A stretch of 64,000 nucleotides of DNA, taken from positions 124,001-188,000 of the forward strand of contig OZ037773.1 of the NCBI GenBank assembly GCA_964035545.1. The letters run 5' to 3'. Of the stretch, positions 11,783 to 24,700 are shown in pieces. The DNA is from Bugula neritina. Lineage: Eukaryota > Animalia > Bryozoa. Every line of letters begins with the position of its first letter. The first letter of the stretch is position 1. The notes beneath the pieces were generated by a model that saw only the letters and a list, made by a program, of their open reading frames with translations, ran no database searches and had not been told where the DNA came from. The position numbers and the translations under genes were made by a program.

Positions 11783-12222
11783 TCAACTCGCTGCTTTTAC
11801 TCTGAGAGCCAACCGATGCACTTCCCTCTCGAGCTCGTTGGTCCTTACTTCGACTTCCTGCAGGTTACGGGCCAGTGGAGAGGAACGGGAGGGAACTGAT
11901 GAGGTCGATGTCTTCGGATCTTTACAACATAATTCTAGTGACAATCGACTGTTACTAGTCTGAGAGTCACAACTTTTATAAGGCACTCCAGAGACCAGTT
12001 GATTACGTGTAGACTGACCAAGAATGACAGTGTCTAGCTCGAGATCTAACAGATCGTCGGCCATTACTGCGTCCTCATCGTCATTCACGTTAAACGTGGT
12101 CCCTAGTAACTCTGATTCAATCCGACTGATTAGTTCAGAATTAACTGGCATCGGGCCTGTTTCCATAGATAGTAATACAAGACTTATACAGGCTTACCTG
12201 TGAACTTGGTATTGATCGACAT
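11783..12222 (-). CDS. ORF3 remnant of copy C (25-nt ATG exon with GTAAG donor; acidic region and coiled coil)
   Basis: ATG TCG ATC AAT ACC AAG TTC ACA G|GTAAGC at 12222-12198, the same position and phase as in B and D. ORF 11783-12166 ends in a heptad-like stretch (LQEVEVRTNELEREVHRL). Confidence 0.45.
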
Positions 12223-12331
12223 ACTCAACGTTCAGTAGTGGTAGTTGTGAGCTTAAGAGGTAGTTGTGAAATACGTCTGCCCTTGGCGATGTCAGCGTAG
12301 GAAAAGGCCGGGCAGCGTGTTTGATCTTTGC

Positions 12332-15300
12332 TCAGAGCGCATCAATTCCTCCCACTACTCCGCCCTCGCAAAAGTTGATATTTGCGTGGGGCTCACAACT
12401 CTTACATTTGCCCGATAATTCTCTCGAACGGTTTCCCCCTAGACTTTCAGACGCGCCGCTTTGGACGCAGTCACATACAAAATCTTTTAAATATGATGGG
12501 GGTTGCCTCGTACGTTGTCCCCGCTCTAGGGAAGGTGACGCACTCACCGGTGGACTAGTGGGTGCCACTGGCGGTGCTTCTGGTTCACTGGTAGTGATTA
12601 CTTCTTCCTGTTCTCCGGATGGAGCCCCTCCCTCCGTGGGGGTTTGCACTTCTGGAACCGGCTCGGTTTCCGGAAGTGATGGTATCAGACTTGGTATAGG
12701 AGGCGGCGGACGCACTTCTGTGGGTAGGAGCGGTCGCTCGTCTCGTACCAAGTCCTCTTATAGCGGAATGACCACTTCATACTCATGTCCATACCACCGT
12801 CACCCACGCGTTGTCGTCTGCCTCCTGGGCTCCAACAAAGGGGGGGCTTCTCCCACTGCGTCTGTGCTAGCCCATTACGGCTTCAAGCAAGCCTCATTTT
12901 GGATGGACATCTGTCCTGAGCGCTCGATCTTGTAGGTATGGTTGGGCATAGCCTCATCTATCACCTAGGGTCCCACGAACTTAGGCTGTAACTTAGCCGC
13001 CTGCCCGCGACGCTTACGATAATTGACCATTCACACCCAATCTCCTGTCTGATAGAGGGGTGGTTCCTTGGAATCCTCGCGCCGCACCTGCCACTGCTTC
13101 TCCCGCAGCATTTCGTGTGCGACCCTCATCCATTCCACTAGTTCGCTGGCATACTCGTAAATCGAGCTGTCTTGCTCTGGAATGTGGTAGGTAAGATGGT
13201 CAGGAACTCGAGTCTCTTTCCCGAGCCTCAGGAGGTTAGGGGTCTTACCAGTACTGGTGTGCGGGGTGCTACGGTATGCGCGCATGACTTGTGGCAATAC
13301 CGTATCCCATTCCTCTTGACTGCGCCCGAGTAGTAGACTCCGGAGCGCATCACCTAGCATCCGGTTATTGCGCTCCACCACCCCGTTGCCTTGGAGCTGG
13401 TAAGGAGTGGTCCTGCTCTGATTTACTCCCAGGAGGCGGCAAAAGTCGCTCATCAGTTGAGACTGAAATTGAACGCCTTGGTCAGAGTGTATCTGCTCGG
13501 GGAGGCCAAAGTAGCAGAATACATGTTGGTCTAGCACCCTGGCCACTGTCGGGGCTGACGCACCTGGGATAGCCAGAGCGTCCGCCCACCTGGTAAAGTG
13601 GTTGGTTAATACTAAGATCCAACTATTGCCTCTGGGGGTTAGGAGCATGGGTTCGACCAGGTCGACAGCTACTACTTGCCACGGCCTTCCAGCATATAAC
13701 CTTCGCCGTCCCGCTTCACCAGGGAAACGGCCATGCTTGCTGGCCTGGCAGATTTCACACTGTTTTACTCTGAGTCGAACATCCCGCCCCATCTTGGGCC
13801 AATACCACCGGAGTTGCAAATTGAAGATCACTCTTTTGACTCCTGCGTGAGCCTGCTTGTGAGTGTCCCAAATTAACTCACGGCGTATGGCAGTGGGACA
13901 GACCACCCTCTTCCTTTCCTCTGCCTTAGCTGTTCCTCTCTGGGTCGTCGCCCTTCCTTTTTAGCCCGATATACGTCTGCCACTACTCCAGGCAGGTTTT
14001 CCTGAAGCCTCTTTAGTTCCCGGACATTATCGGCCAAAGCAGGGTTGGCGTGGAGGTTCTGTACAGCCTCCGAGGGTTCGTCAACTGTCTGTTGGAGTTG
14101 ACCCTCGTCCCAGTCAAACCGTGCTCCGTGGTGAACCAGTGTCTCTAACTCATATCGTGGGGGACCTCCATCCCTCTTTTTGATGTTGAGACACTGTTTA
14201 CAACACCCGCCAGGTCGTCGGCTCAAGCCATTCGCATTGCTGTGCCTCTTACCCAGTCGATGTTCAATCGGGTAAGAAAAATCGGCTAGAATTTAGAGCC
14301 ATCGGGCGACCTGACTGGACGGTTCTGCTCACTTGCACAACCAAATCAAAAAGGCATGATCCGTACGCAGCCGGAACTTCCTGCCATACAGATAGGGTCG
14401 GAAGTGCTTCACTGACTTGATTACTGCCAGCAACTCCTTGCCAGTAGTGCAGTAAATTCGTTCAGTGTGTGAGGGAGACATGCTGTAGTAAGCTACTACT
14501 ACTTCCCGGCGTTCCTGCACCTGCGACAGCACAACGCCAACATTCTAGTCACTGGCGTCTGTGTCGAGGATGTACTCTAGAGTAGGATCTAGTTAGACCA
14601 AGATGGGTGCCGCCAGTAGGCAACCCTTGAGGCGGTCAAACGTCCACTGCCACGTCACTTCCTTTGCCGTGAGCCGGTTAAACGGCTGCGCTATCCCCGC
14701 AAAGTCTGGTATGTATAGCCTGTAATACTCTGCCAGACCCAGGAAAGCCCGGAGTCCGGTCAAGTCTTGGGGGGGTAACCCAGTCTTCTATCGCCCGTAC
14801 CTTTTCGGAATCTGTGGCCATGCCGTTTCGACCGACAACGTGCCCCAAATACTTGACCTCCGGCTGCAATAGAGCGCACTTGGAAGGTTTTAGCTTCAAA
14901 CTGGCACCTCTGAGTTTTTCGAAAACTTCTCTCAGACGACTGATGTGTGTCTTGAAGTCTGGGGAGATCACGAGGACTTGTTCCATCAGCCTCTGGAAAG
15001 TGGCTGGGGCGGAGGTCAGTCCAAACGGCAGTACCTTCCACTTCCACAATCCGTCCCATGTTAAAAAACGCCGCCTTCTCCTGGGCGTCGGGACTCAGAG
15101 GCACCTGCCAGTAACCGCTCAATAAGTTTAACGTACTGAAGTACTTGCTGTCGGTTAGGGCGTCCAAGGAATCGTCAATACGAGGTAGAGGGTAAGCGTC
15201 CTGTATGGTCACGCTATTTAGCTTGCGGTAGTCCACACAGAACCGCCATCTTCCGTCTTTCTTCCGGACCAAGACGACCAGCGAGCTCCATGCACTATGG

Positions 15301-16402
15301 GCTGGCTATATGAGGCCTCGTTCCAGAGGATCCTGGAGCTGTCGGCTGACCTCCTTCTCCGGTCCCAACCTGCGTGTGGGTTGCCAAATAGGGACTGTAC
15401 CTGCAGTCAGCGGTATCTCGTGTCTGACAGCTCCAGTCAGTTCCACGTCATTGTCTCCGCTGCTGAACACATCACCGTAGTCGCGCAGCAACTTCGCCAT
15501 GGCCTGGCCTTCTTCGTTGCTTGCACAGCCACCACAGGCCGTCTCATACAACTCCTTGATGTGTGGTGGAACAGTCCCCCACCCTTTTTGCGGGCGCTGA
15601 GGGGGCCTTCCGTCGCGTCTCCCAGCGATGGTCCCACGTCCTCTTCCTGGACAGAGTGAAAGCGGCCCAGCATGGATCCGGCAGGTAGCTTTATGGACTC
15701 CGTGAAGGGGTTTACGCACTGCACCAAGATCTCTCTATGCGCAGTCAGCTGGTTTAGACTGCTAGCAAGTTGGATTCTAGCGTGTGCACTTTCCACCACC
15801 CCCAGTCCGGAGATCTGGCTATTCACCCTGCAGTGAATAGTAGCCTGGGAGCAGCCTAGTATTGTACAGTTCCGTACTACCTGCACGCCTCCCGCTAGAG
15901 GACAGCCAAACTTGTCGACACAGGCAAGTTCTCGCCCGGACATCACCATCACAGACTTGCTAAAGTCGATGTGACATCCGTGCCATTTCAGGAACGGCAT
16001 CCCGAGGATAGCATCCTCTTTAAGCTGACTGACGATAAACGTCTCTTGGATAGCTTGATCTCGAATGCGTCCCGTCAGCTCAATTATACCATAGAAGGGA
16101 ATGCACGACCCGTCAGCCAGGGTGCCATACTCCCCATCGTATGGTTCCATCTCGCTCCTGACCCTAGTGCTGAGGATGTCAAAAAGTTGGCGACTTATGA
16201 GGTTCGTGGTACAGCCCGAATCGAGCAGGAAGGTAACAGCTTTACCCGCAATCTTGCCGAGTAGGAAATAGCTGTTCCCATGGGGCTGCACCCGCACTCT
16301 TGCAGGAAGCACCTCTCTCGCTTTAGGTAGGGGAAGTGGTCGTTTGGAACGGTGGTAGGGTGACCTCGGAGGAGGGGGAGGCAAGTTTCCTGGCACCTGC
16401 AC
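12332..16402 (-). pseudogene. pol: pol pseudogene of copy C (protease, RT, RNase H, integrase)
   Basis: PR FLLDSGC (15437-16402); RT RFCVDYRKLN and PFGL with the YxDD region deleted (14678-15272); RNase H KELLAV...TDH (14329-14532); IN VAVDL/SDQG/VERNN (13031-13906). Multiple frameshifts. Confidence 0.9.
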
Positions 16403-16639
16403 TGGTCCCCATTCCGATTCTTAGGCCGGTAGCCCGTCGAATAGGTTGTGGAGTGGCATAGAGAAGGTAACAGCGGGGCGGGGCCCCTTACCTGTCCGTC
16501 GCAGCTGCTGCCACTCGTGGTTGTTAGCACGCGGTACCCGTCTGGGTGACCTACGTTTCTTCTTCCCTGGGGGATTCATCGCCGGCCCGCTGAAGGCGGG
16601 AACATCTGCGGGCCACGATAGCTTAACCCCGGAGCAAGA

Positions 16640-17520
16640 TTAAGGCAATATCTGCGGAAATGTCCTTGGTTTCCACATTCTCAGCAAAAACTGACTGCTT
16701 CCCCTGGTGGCGGTGTCAGTGGCCGTGAAGGCCCGCAGGCGGTACCTACCGGGGTTTTGTGTGTCAGTGCTGTCACCAGTTTAGCCAACATGTCCGTCAG
16801 TTGGGCGACCTTTGATGCGGCGGTTAACTGTCCCACGGCAGCGGCCGTGGGGGGCTCTGCCTAAAGATCAGCCGGAGTGACTGTGGACTCTACCTCCACC
16901 TGGCGGGAAACCCCGCGGTTCCTATGCATCTGGTTTGCCAGAAGATAGGCTTCCCCTTCTGCAAGAGCGCCTTCGACTGTGGTAACTCCCCTAGCTAGAA
17001 ATTGATGAAGGAGTCTCAAGTCATTGATAGATTGCACAAAGGCGTCAAAGGTATACCTCTCACGGTTAGCTTGAGGTAGATCGCTATACGCAATCTGCGC
17101 CAGCTTCATCACCGTGGCAACATGTTCTTGTTGCAGGGTGTAAGGATCACGCCGCAGCCTTTGTAGTCCGGCCCGAGCGTCTATGGCGGAGATGCCAAAA
17201 TTGGCCCGTAGAGAAGCAGAGATGCTGTCGATGTCCGGTCCTAACCCATAGGGCTTGGCCTTATCCATCAACGACATTCTGAGCTTCAGCAGGGCCACTC
17301 TGGGTGGCCATTTGGCGACATCCATAACGCCGCTGAACTCTTGTATGAATTGTTCCACTTTCTCTTTGCCCGTGAAGGTGGGTGCCTTTAACCGGTAACA
17401 GTCCTCGTTTAGCTCCCTCGGAGCTCTTCGCTCTTCTACTACATAATTCACAGGAACAAGATCATTTCCACGCTCACCTTCTATCGGCTGTGGGGGTGTT
17501 CCAGCATCCTCAGTCTCCAT
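16640..17520 (-). pseudogene. gag: gag pseudogene of copy C
   Basis: Homologous to the other gags; premature stop at 16861; knuckle reads C*ECGNQGHFRRYC. Confidence 0.85.
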
Positions 17521-18310
17521 CGTTGATGTGCACAGTGTCCCACTGCTGCCACCACTGTTATCTTTTCAGTATTGTGGGTTAGTGTGCAATCGAGTGACTT
17601 TCTATCATGTAAGCTAGATCAATTTCACCAGTGACATTCGAATTATAATAATATATTTCATACAATGATACACAATCTAAAAACTACATCTATCGAATAC
17701 ATCGACAGCTACTCAACACAATGTCTACAGTTTGCCACACTATTCCTAACTGACTGTTACTCGAGAAGTCACAGCTACTAATAATAGTTCATGATTCCTA
17801 TTGGCGGGTTGCTGTCTCGGATCATCTTCTTAATATACTTAGTGACCCCGTGCTGCACTTAGAAGGGAATTAACATTTACCCCGTTATTACGATGGTAGC
17901 TCCACGAGCCACCACAATAATACGGTTATACTAGTAGTAGGTCTAATTGTTACACTAATACTAATGATCATACCATTAGTAATAGTAATGCTAATGCTTA
18001 GTTATACTTATACATATGTTATAGTTTTTACTCATTTATCGAATACAATTTTTATGGAGCTATAACATAAGTATTTAAAGTATAACCAAGTATTGCTGAT
18101 AAAGTAGCTAATAATAGTATTGATAATAGTCACTCTTTCAGTTACAACTGATGATCATACTTGTGCTCAAACTGACACATTAAAATTACATTTAGTTTTA
18201 CTGGTGTCACGACTCACCAGGTGATACTATTAATCATTTATTTTCATGGTTATGAACTTGAAACCCTTTATCAGTAATTACTATGAGTAAGAGTCATACT
18301 AATAGTCTAA

Positions 18311-18653
18311 GCCTAGGGCCACACGGTTCGTATTTTCGCATGCGAAAATTGAAATCACAAGTAGCAAAGGTGTTCACTGTGCACGTTGAGAAAACCTTCG
18401 CACTTGTCGCTCTGCATTTTCAACGCAAGTGCAAATCGTCTCTGTCGTCGTCACCTAATTGGTTGGTAGCTATTCAGCGAGCCCAATTTCTTTATTTAGT
18501 GCTATATTCCAGTAAATTGCGTTTTATTGAAAGTGAGTGCAATTTAAAAATGAAAGCTTTATTTATCACGCATCACTGACGCTACAGTGGACACCTTTGC
18601 TACTCGTGATTTTAATTTTCGCATGAGAAAATACGCACAGTGTGGCCCTAGGC
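18311..18653. mobile_element. PIF/Harbinger-like MITE
   Basis: TIR GCCTAGGGCCACAC and TAA duplication; the paralogue at ~49570 has an empty site with a single TAA. Confidence 0.85.
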
Positions 18654-19438
18654 TAATACCATATTTTTTACCATTAGTAATATTGTTGTACTAATACTAA
18701 TAGTAATATTAGAAGATCAATTTTAAGCTCTTTTGATTTCCCTTTGTGTTCATTTTCAGGGAATACTCAAACCAATTGATAAGAATAATTTTGATTAAAT
18801 GCACAAAATCAATGAATGTGATTTACATTGACTGAAATATTGAGTTTTACTTAGTCTTACCCTTGCTTGTAGTTATAATAGCCTGTATTAGTAAGAATAT
18901 TGTAAAGGAACTTATACTCAGTAGTACAGTATCAATTTTAATGTATGATTACTATTTTTTCAAGGAATAGCTTGGAAGGCACCAATGGCAGAACTCAATA
19001 GCTAAAACTTAACACTAAGTTGGTTTTTGAATTAAAATAGATGATTGACAAGAATCTAATTACTTAACATGCTGAAAATTAATTCGCAATGTAAGTATTT
19101 GTTGCTTTCCTAGTATTTCATGTGTTATAATAGCTGTTGATATATGCTGGATTATTTTGGTCTGTAGTTGACACTGAGTTTATGTACCCATTACTTCATT
19201 ATGCTGGAGGGTTTAAATCACATTTGAATCATGATAAAACTTTTTTTGTTTGACTTATTTAGGATATTTGTGTAGTGAGATACATTACATCATATTATAT
19301 TACATTTAACTTGCTAATTGTATTCAGCAAATCTATTTTTGTAGATAAGTATACATTTTAAAATAGGTAAAATTAAAACTATCTAATCCAACTGTGCAAT
19401 CCATTTAATTAACCACTACTTTCTGCTAGTTGTATGTA

Positions 19439-20235
19439 TGAGGGCAATTCAAAAAGTAAAGATAATTTTGCCATAAGTCAAGTTGTAATCGAATTAGGCA
19501 CTTGATTTTTTTCAGCATAATTTCTTGGCCAGCAAACACCTTTCTGTCATCTTGGTACTATCTTTTTTATTCCCTCAGCATAAGATTCGGTAGATTGACT
19601 CAGTAAAATTTCGCTCGAAGTAGTTCGGACCTTGTCATGAGTCTCCTTGTGAATGATTAGTTTCGGTGTGGAACGTAGAGCACCAAAGAAATGGTACTTA
19701 CAAGGTGAAGGACTAGGATTCTCCAATCGTTAAGGACTTAGTTGATGTTCTCAATGGTTTTAATGGCAGATTATGGCCTTCCGGTGTCTTTGTGGATATT
19801 ACACTGTAATTACATGCCTATTCTCTTCTACTTACTCTCTTTCTAAACTTAGATGAATTACACTGTTTATTAAATTAGTAAAGTTGTCGTTCTATGCTGT
19901 TACTTTCCTGAATGCCTGTCAAAAGTCTCTGAAGTCTCCAAATTGGCTGGTCTAGCCGCCTCTTCTGCTATTCGCCTACCTGAGCCATGTCCACTCTCCA
20001 AAGAAGTTGTTCAATCCTTAAAACCGTTAGCCCATTTAAAAACTTTGTTTTGGTTTTAACAACTGTCACCATATTAAGCTTTCATTCCCCTATAAATTTC
20101 ACTTGGTCTGACTCCCTGAAATGATTACTGTGTAAAGACAACTTCTGAAACAACGTAATATTAAAAAGATAGGTACATATTACAATTATATTTAGTTTTA
20201 TAAAGAATTTATCTTTACTTTTCAAATCGCCCTCA
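19439..20235. mobile_element. Decayed Tc1/mariner element (also at 50350-51248)
   Basis: Imperfect TIRs (TGAGGGC...AAAAGTAAAGATAA) flanked by TA. Present in both duplicates, so it predates the duplication. Confidence 0.75.
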
Positions 20236-20267
20236 TAATTCTTTAAGCAAGCATTATGTGTGTATGT

Positions 20268-21407
20268 CAGGGTTGGGGTAATTGTAATTTGTAATTGTAA
20301 TTGGTTGTAATTAATTACATTTTTTCAAGTAATTGAATGTAATTTGTAATCAATGTATAAAAATGTAATTGTAATTGTAATTAATTACATTGCTAATGTA
20401 ATTGAATTTTACAATTACTTTATAATTACATGTCAATTACTTCAAACTTCTAAATCTTGAAAAAAATCATTCTTTTCCTACCATATCTACTGTTAAATAA
20501 CAAGTTCAGATTAAGTCAATATAGCATAGGGTCATTCCATGCTAACTCACCACATGGCCGGTGCCTTTGTGTCTCAGAGTTTGTTCATATTTACACCAAA
20601 TAGGCCTACATATGTCTTGAGTACTCTTCTTAAATATTTTTGGCCTGACAGAAATTTTTTTGAGAAATGACTACATTTGTGGACAAAGGTTGGGAAAAAC
20701 TTTAAGGAAAATTGGTGATTTCTACTTTTAGAGCAATTTATAAATGTCTATATCTCAATCATTTTTCTAGACTGAGTCTTAAAATTTGCTGTGGGATTTG
20801 ATAATACCTATCAACTTGCACTAGTAGCAACACGGGAAAATTTTTGTAAATTTTGAAAAAATTTTAAATATCCCCCACATCAATTTTTAAGGCTCAGTCT
20901 AAAAAAATGGTAGAGATATAGACATTTATAAGTTGGTATAAAAGTAGAAATCACAAATTTTCTTAAAAAGATTTCCGAACCTTTGTCCACAAATGTAGTA
21001 ATTTCTCAAAAAAGTTTTTGTGTCATGTCAGAAATATTCACGAATAGTACATCGGACATGTGTAAATATAAGCAAAATCTGAGAAGCAAAGGCGTGGGAC
21101 CCCTTAAAATTTGGTTGATTTGACATGGATTGACCCTATAGTGTCACTATTGGGAACAAAGGAGGTTCACCACTGTCAACATTGCCCCTGGTAGTTGGAC
21201 CCTAGAAGTGACATTGTATAACTTCTAGTTATCCCTTGTGAGAACAAAAGTAATTGTAATTGTAATTAATTACATTACCATGTAATTGTAATTGTAATTA
21301 ATTACATTACCTTTTAACTGTAATTATAATTGTAATTGTAATTGACAAATCTTCATGTAATTGTAATTGTAATTAATTACATTTACATGTAATTGACCCC
21401 AACCCTG
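20268..21407. mobile_element. hAT-like MITE with (GTAATT)n subterminal repeats
   Basis: TIR CAGGGTTGGGGT, 8-bp TSD GTGTATGT (20260-20267 and 21408-21415); absent from the paralogue. Confidence 0.88.
20529..21136. mobile_element. Nested TA-flanked (Tc1/mariner-type) MITE
   Basis: TIR GGGTCA(T/A)TCCATG, TA on both sides, internally palindromic. Confidence 0.75.
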
Positions 21408-21736
21408 GTGTATGTTGCCTAGGTAAAATACTTGCCTATTCAAGTATTTTTGAGTCATTGGTTTTAATTATCTGAAACTTGGTTAGTCTGTGACTTGGTT
21501 TGCTTTGACTAACTGTTACCTCAACATGACTCTGGTCACACTGCTCTCTGTTGTACACACCAATTCATCAGCGCTCATTTGGTAGGCAACTTCATACAAT
21601 ATAATAATAGCATTAGCTTATATAAATTTCTCTCTTTTTAGCATTACTTTTCCCTGGCAAGTTAATTAGCTACTGTATATCTCAGTCTATGAGCCAGTAT
21701 GTATAATGTTTCCTATGATTTGTTGTTTTCAGGAAA

Positions 21737-24700
21737 ATGAAACTTTCCTGGATAACCATTTTCAAAATACTTCTAGCATCTAGCTACACACTTGGTGAGT
21801 TTATATTTTTAAAGCTAACATCTCCAGTGTTTGTTAAATCTGGTTCTTGATTTTTAATGAATCGCTCTAATGACAGCTCTATTCCCTTCAGATATGATTC
21901 CTATGCTTACACAACTGTAAATAACGAAATGCCTTATTTCAACTTGTAATGTTTGTGAAATTCTAATGTGGCTGTTGGCTAGTTTAGCAGTGATTTTTTG
22001 ACGTTTTTTATGCACCTACAGAGACTTTCAATAAATAAAACATATCGATTAAAGATACTGAAAAACATCTACCGGTACTTAGTTTAAAAGAGTTCCTTCT
22101 GTTTTGTTGCCTTTTTATGCAGTACATGATGTCATAGGTCATGCAGTATTCCCAGTTTAAATCAGTTTAAATATATAGCAACAGACCTACACATACCTAT
22201 ATAACGTTATATTGATTGCTAAACATGAAATAATAGATAATATGAATTCTTTGGAATAATATTCCAATTTTTACGAATTTTTGTGAGACAAAAAGACAGT
22301 ATAATTCATTAAAAATAGACATTATCTTTAATGAATAGTTATTAATGAAATATTTTTTCTAATAACAAAAAGTATAGAAAATGAAAAATTATTACCTTAA
22401 TGCAGATCAAAGGAATTTATTTATGTGCTAACTGCTAAATAACAAGCAATTGATCTAAATTTATTTAAATGTTTATATATTCCAATAAGATTCAAATAAT
22501 TTGCACAAAAAAATATATTTTACAAAAAATAAATAAATAGTGTCCAACTGGGAAGTGTCTATCTTGGGATCACACCTTTTAATATATTTATAGTCTTAAA
22601 AATGTTCGAAGGATTTAATTAATCATCTTGGTTATCAATATATTTGCGTTGTTCGTTTTTGAAAAAAATGTTTTGTAGCAGTCATAAGAAGTTGTGAGAG
22701 TTGGACAAGAATTTTGATTTGTTTTGTTTTTTATCAAAGTGTTACATAACAGCCAGGATAAGTTGGACAAGATTCATTTTTCCTTTTTGCAATGTAGGTT
22801 CTGGTGAGCTAAACTGTTGAATCTATTTATGTTTAGCTCAACCATCTACAGAGATAGACTACAGTACTCCAAGCTCACCTGACTTCTATAAAAATGAGAA
22901 GATAACTTTCACATGTGAGGCAACTGGTTATACTGATCTGAGAAGCTTACGGTTACGATATGAAGCTGATGGAGACAGTAAAGTCTACAGAAGTGTATGT
23001 GGTCGAAGTCCTGATGATGACACAGTATGGATTAGTATATCAACTCCAGATATTATTACTGTCTCTGGAATAGAAGGACCTGGAGTCAGTAATGCACACT
23101 GTAACTCAGATGGTAAACCTGAAGGGTTCTCTCTTTCTGTACAACTCACTGCAACTGATTCATCACTCAGAGGGAAGTTCTACTGTAGAGGGTTTGAAGG
23201 AGGAAGTGTGGGAGAAATTCTCTCCTCAGAAGTTTCAATGGAAGTCAAAGGTGAACACTTCAAACTAGTTTCTTTGGTCACTGATAGCCTTTATATACCA
23301 CTTTAGCATTTTCTAGTACAACTTCTCATAGTTTTTACCAACTTCCTGCTTCCTCCTCATAGACAAATTTAACTGTTCCCAAGATTGGTATTGTTGGTAT
23401 TAAAATAGTATGTTTGGTATGCATTATATGGATAGTGGATAGTATTTGTTTTATTTGGCCTTTGTTGGATGATTCTGTCCAATATCTCATGAGAAGATCT
23501 AATGATAAAATTCAACTTATCCCATGATGATGGTGGTTAGTTAAATCAAAATAGTATATTTACTATCGTTGTTGGGTAGAGGACAAATTTTAGTTTATTA
23601 TACCTTTGTTGGAGATTTTCTGGTCAGAATCACATAAGGATATCTGGTTGGCATGTAGTTTTAAATAACTGTTATCATAGACAGACTTGGAATGTTGCAG
23701 TGTTGCTGTTTAAATTTACACTTTTTATTGCTACAATTTACCCAGAATATAGCACATGGTCTTTACTGCAGTCCTAACCTAATTTACAATACATTGATGC
23801 ACCTGTATTTGAAAATGTATATTATGCACTCTTTCATTCTACAGTTGCACCCACTGGCATATCACTTAATAAACCAGCAACTATTATAGAAGGAGAAGAA
23901 TTTACCTTTGATTGTAACTCTACAGGAGCAGATCCTGTGTCAGTCTATGAATACAGTAAGTATATACATGTCTAAATGTTATGCAACAAGCTTTCCCCAC
24001 CTTTCTATCTAAGAAACTAGAAACAAATTAAGTTATAAATGCATTGAACAACAAACTAGGTTTTAGTTTAGCTAATTATTGTTATACAAGTGATGTAATA
24101 TGCAGTGCTCCCTCCATATCTCAGAGCTCTCCATTCCTAACAAAGAAACATAGGACATGAGAAGAACTTGAATTCCCTTTTTGTGACTTATGTATATGTG
24201 TGTATATAAAAACAAAATGTCGGTATTTAACTGTTCGGTGAGTTAAATCTGGTATTCTGCCATGTCACAGATAGGGGTATCAGACCAGCAGGTTTGGAGG
24301 GAGCACTGTATTCCTATTTAATTATATAAATATTTGAATGTTGTAAAACTCTGAGAATATTATCTAATGAGTTTACAATAGTTTATAAATCAGTTTGCTA
24401 TAATAGATTGAAATGTAAGAAGTTAGATGATTGGACAAAAAGTGTCTACAGTCTTTTTCAGTTTCTATTAAATAACCAATAATCTTCCTCAACCACAAAC
24501 TAACTCGCCTGTTATATCGTGAATTATTTTATTAAAATTAAGCTGGAACTAAATTCTTCTTGCTGAAAGAAGGTGTAAGGCTGATTTAGCAACTGTAACA
24601 GAAAATTTTTTGAATTGCTTTTTTAAGTATTGCAGGAAAGTAGAAAATGTGCATAAATAAGTCCTGAGAAAATTTACCATATAATTGTGATTGTAGGCTG

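Larger units (their letters stand above)
11074..17916 (-). mobile_element. Degenerate, formerly autonomous Gypsy retrotransposon, copy C (gag-PR-RT-RH-IN, non-matching LTRs)
   Basis: LTR-like ends 11074-11388 (next to a PPT) and 17556-17916 (next to the PBS). Fragments of gag, PR, RT, RNase H and IN in Gypsy order, with stops and frameshifts. Confidence 0.88.

Noticed and set aside
18760-19090. Possible 5' non-coding exon of the Ig gene
   Set aside because: Plausible AG and GTAAGT sites exist in both copies, but this cannot be supported without transcripts.
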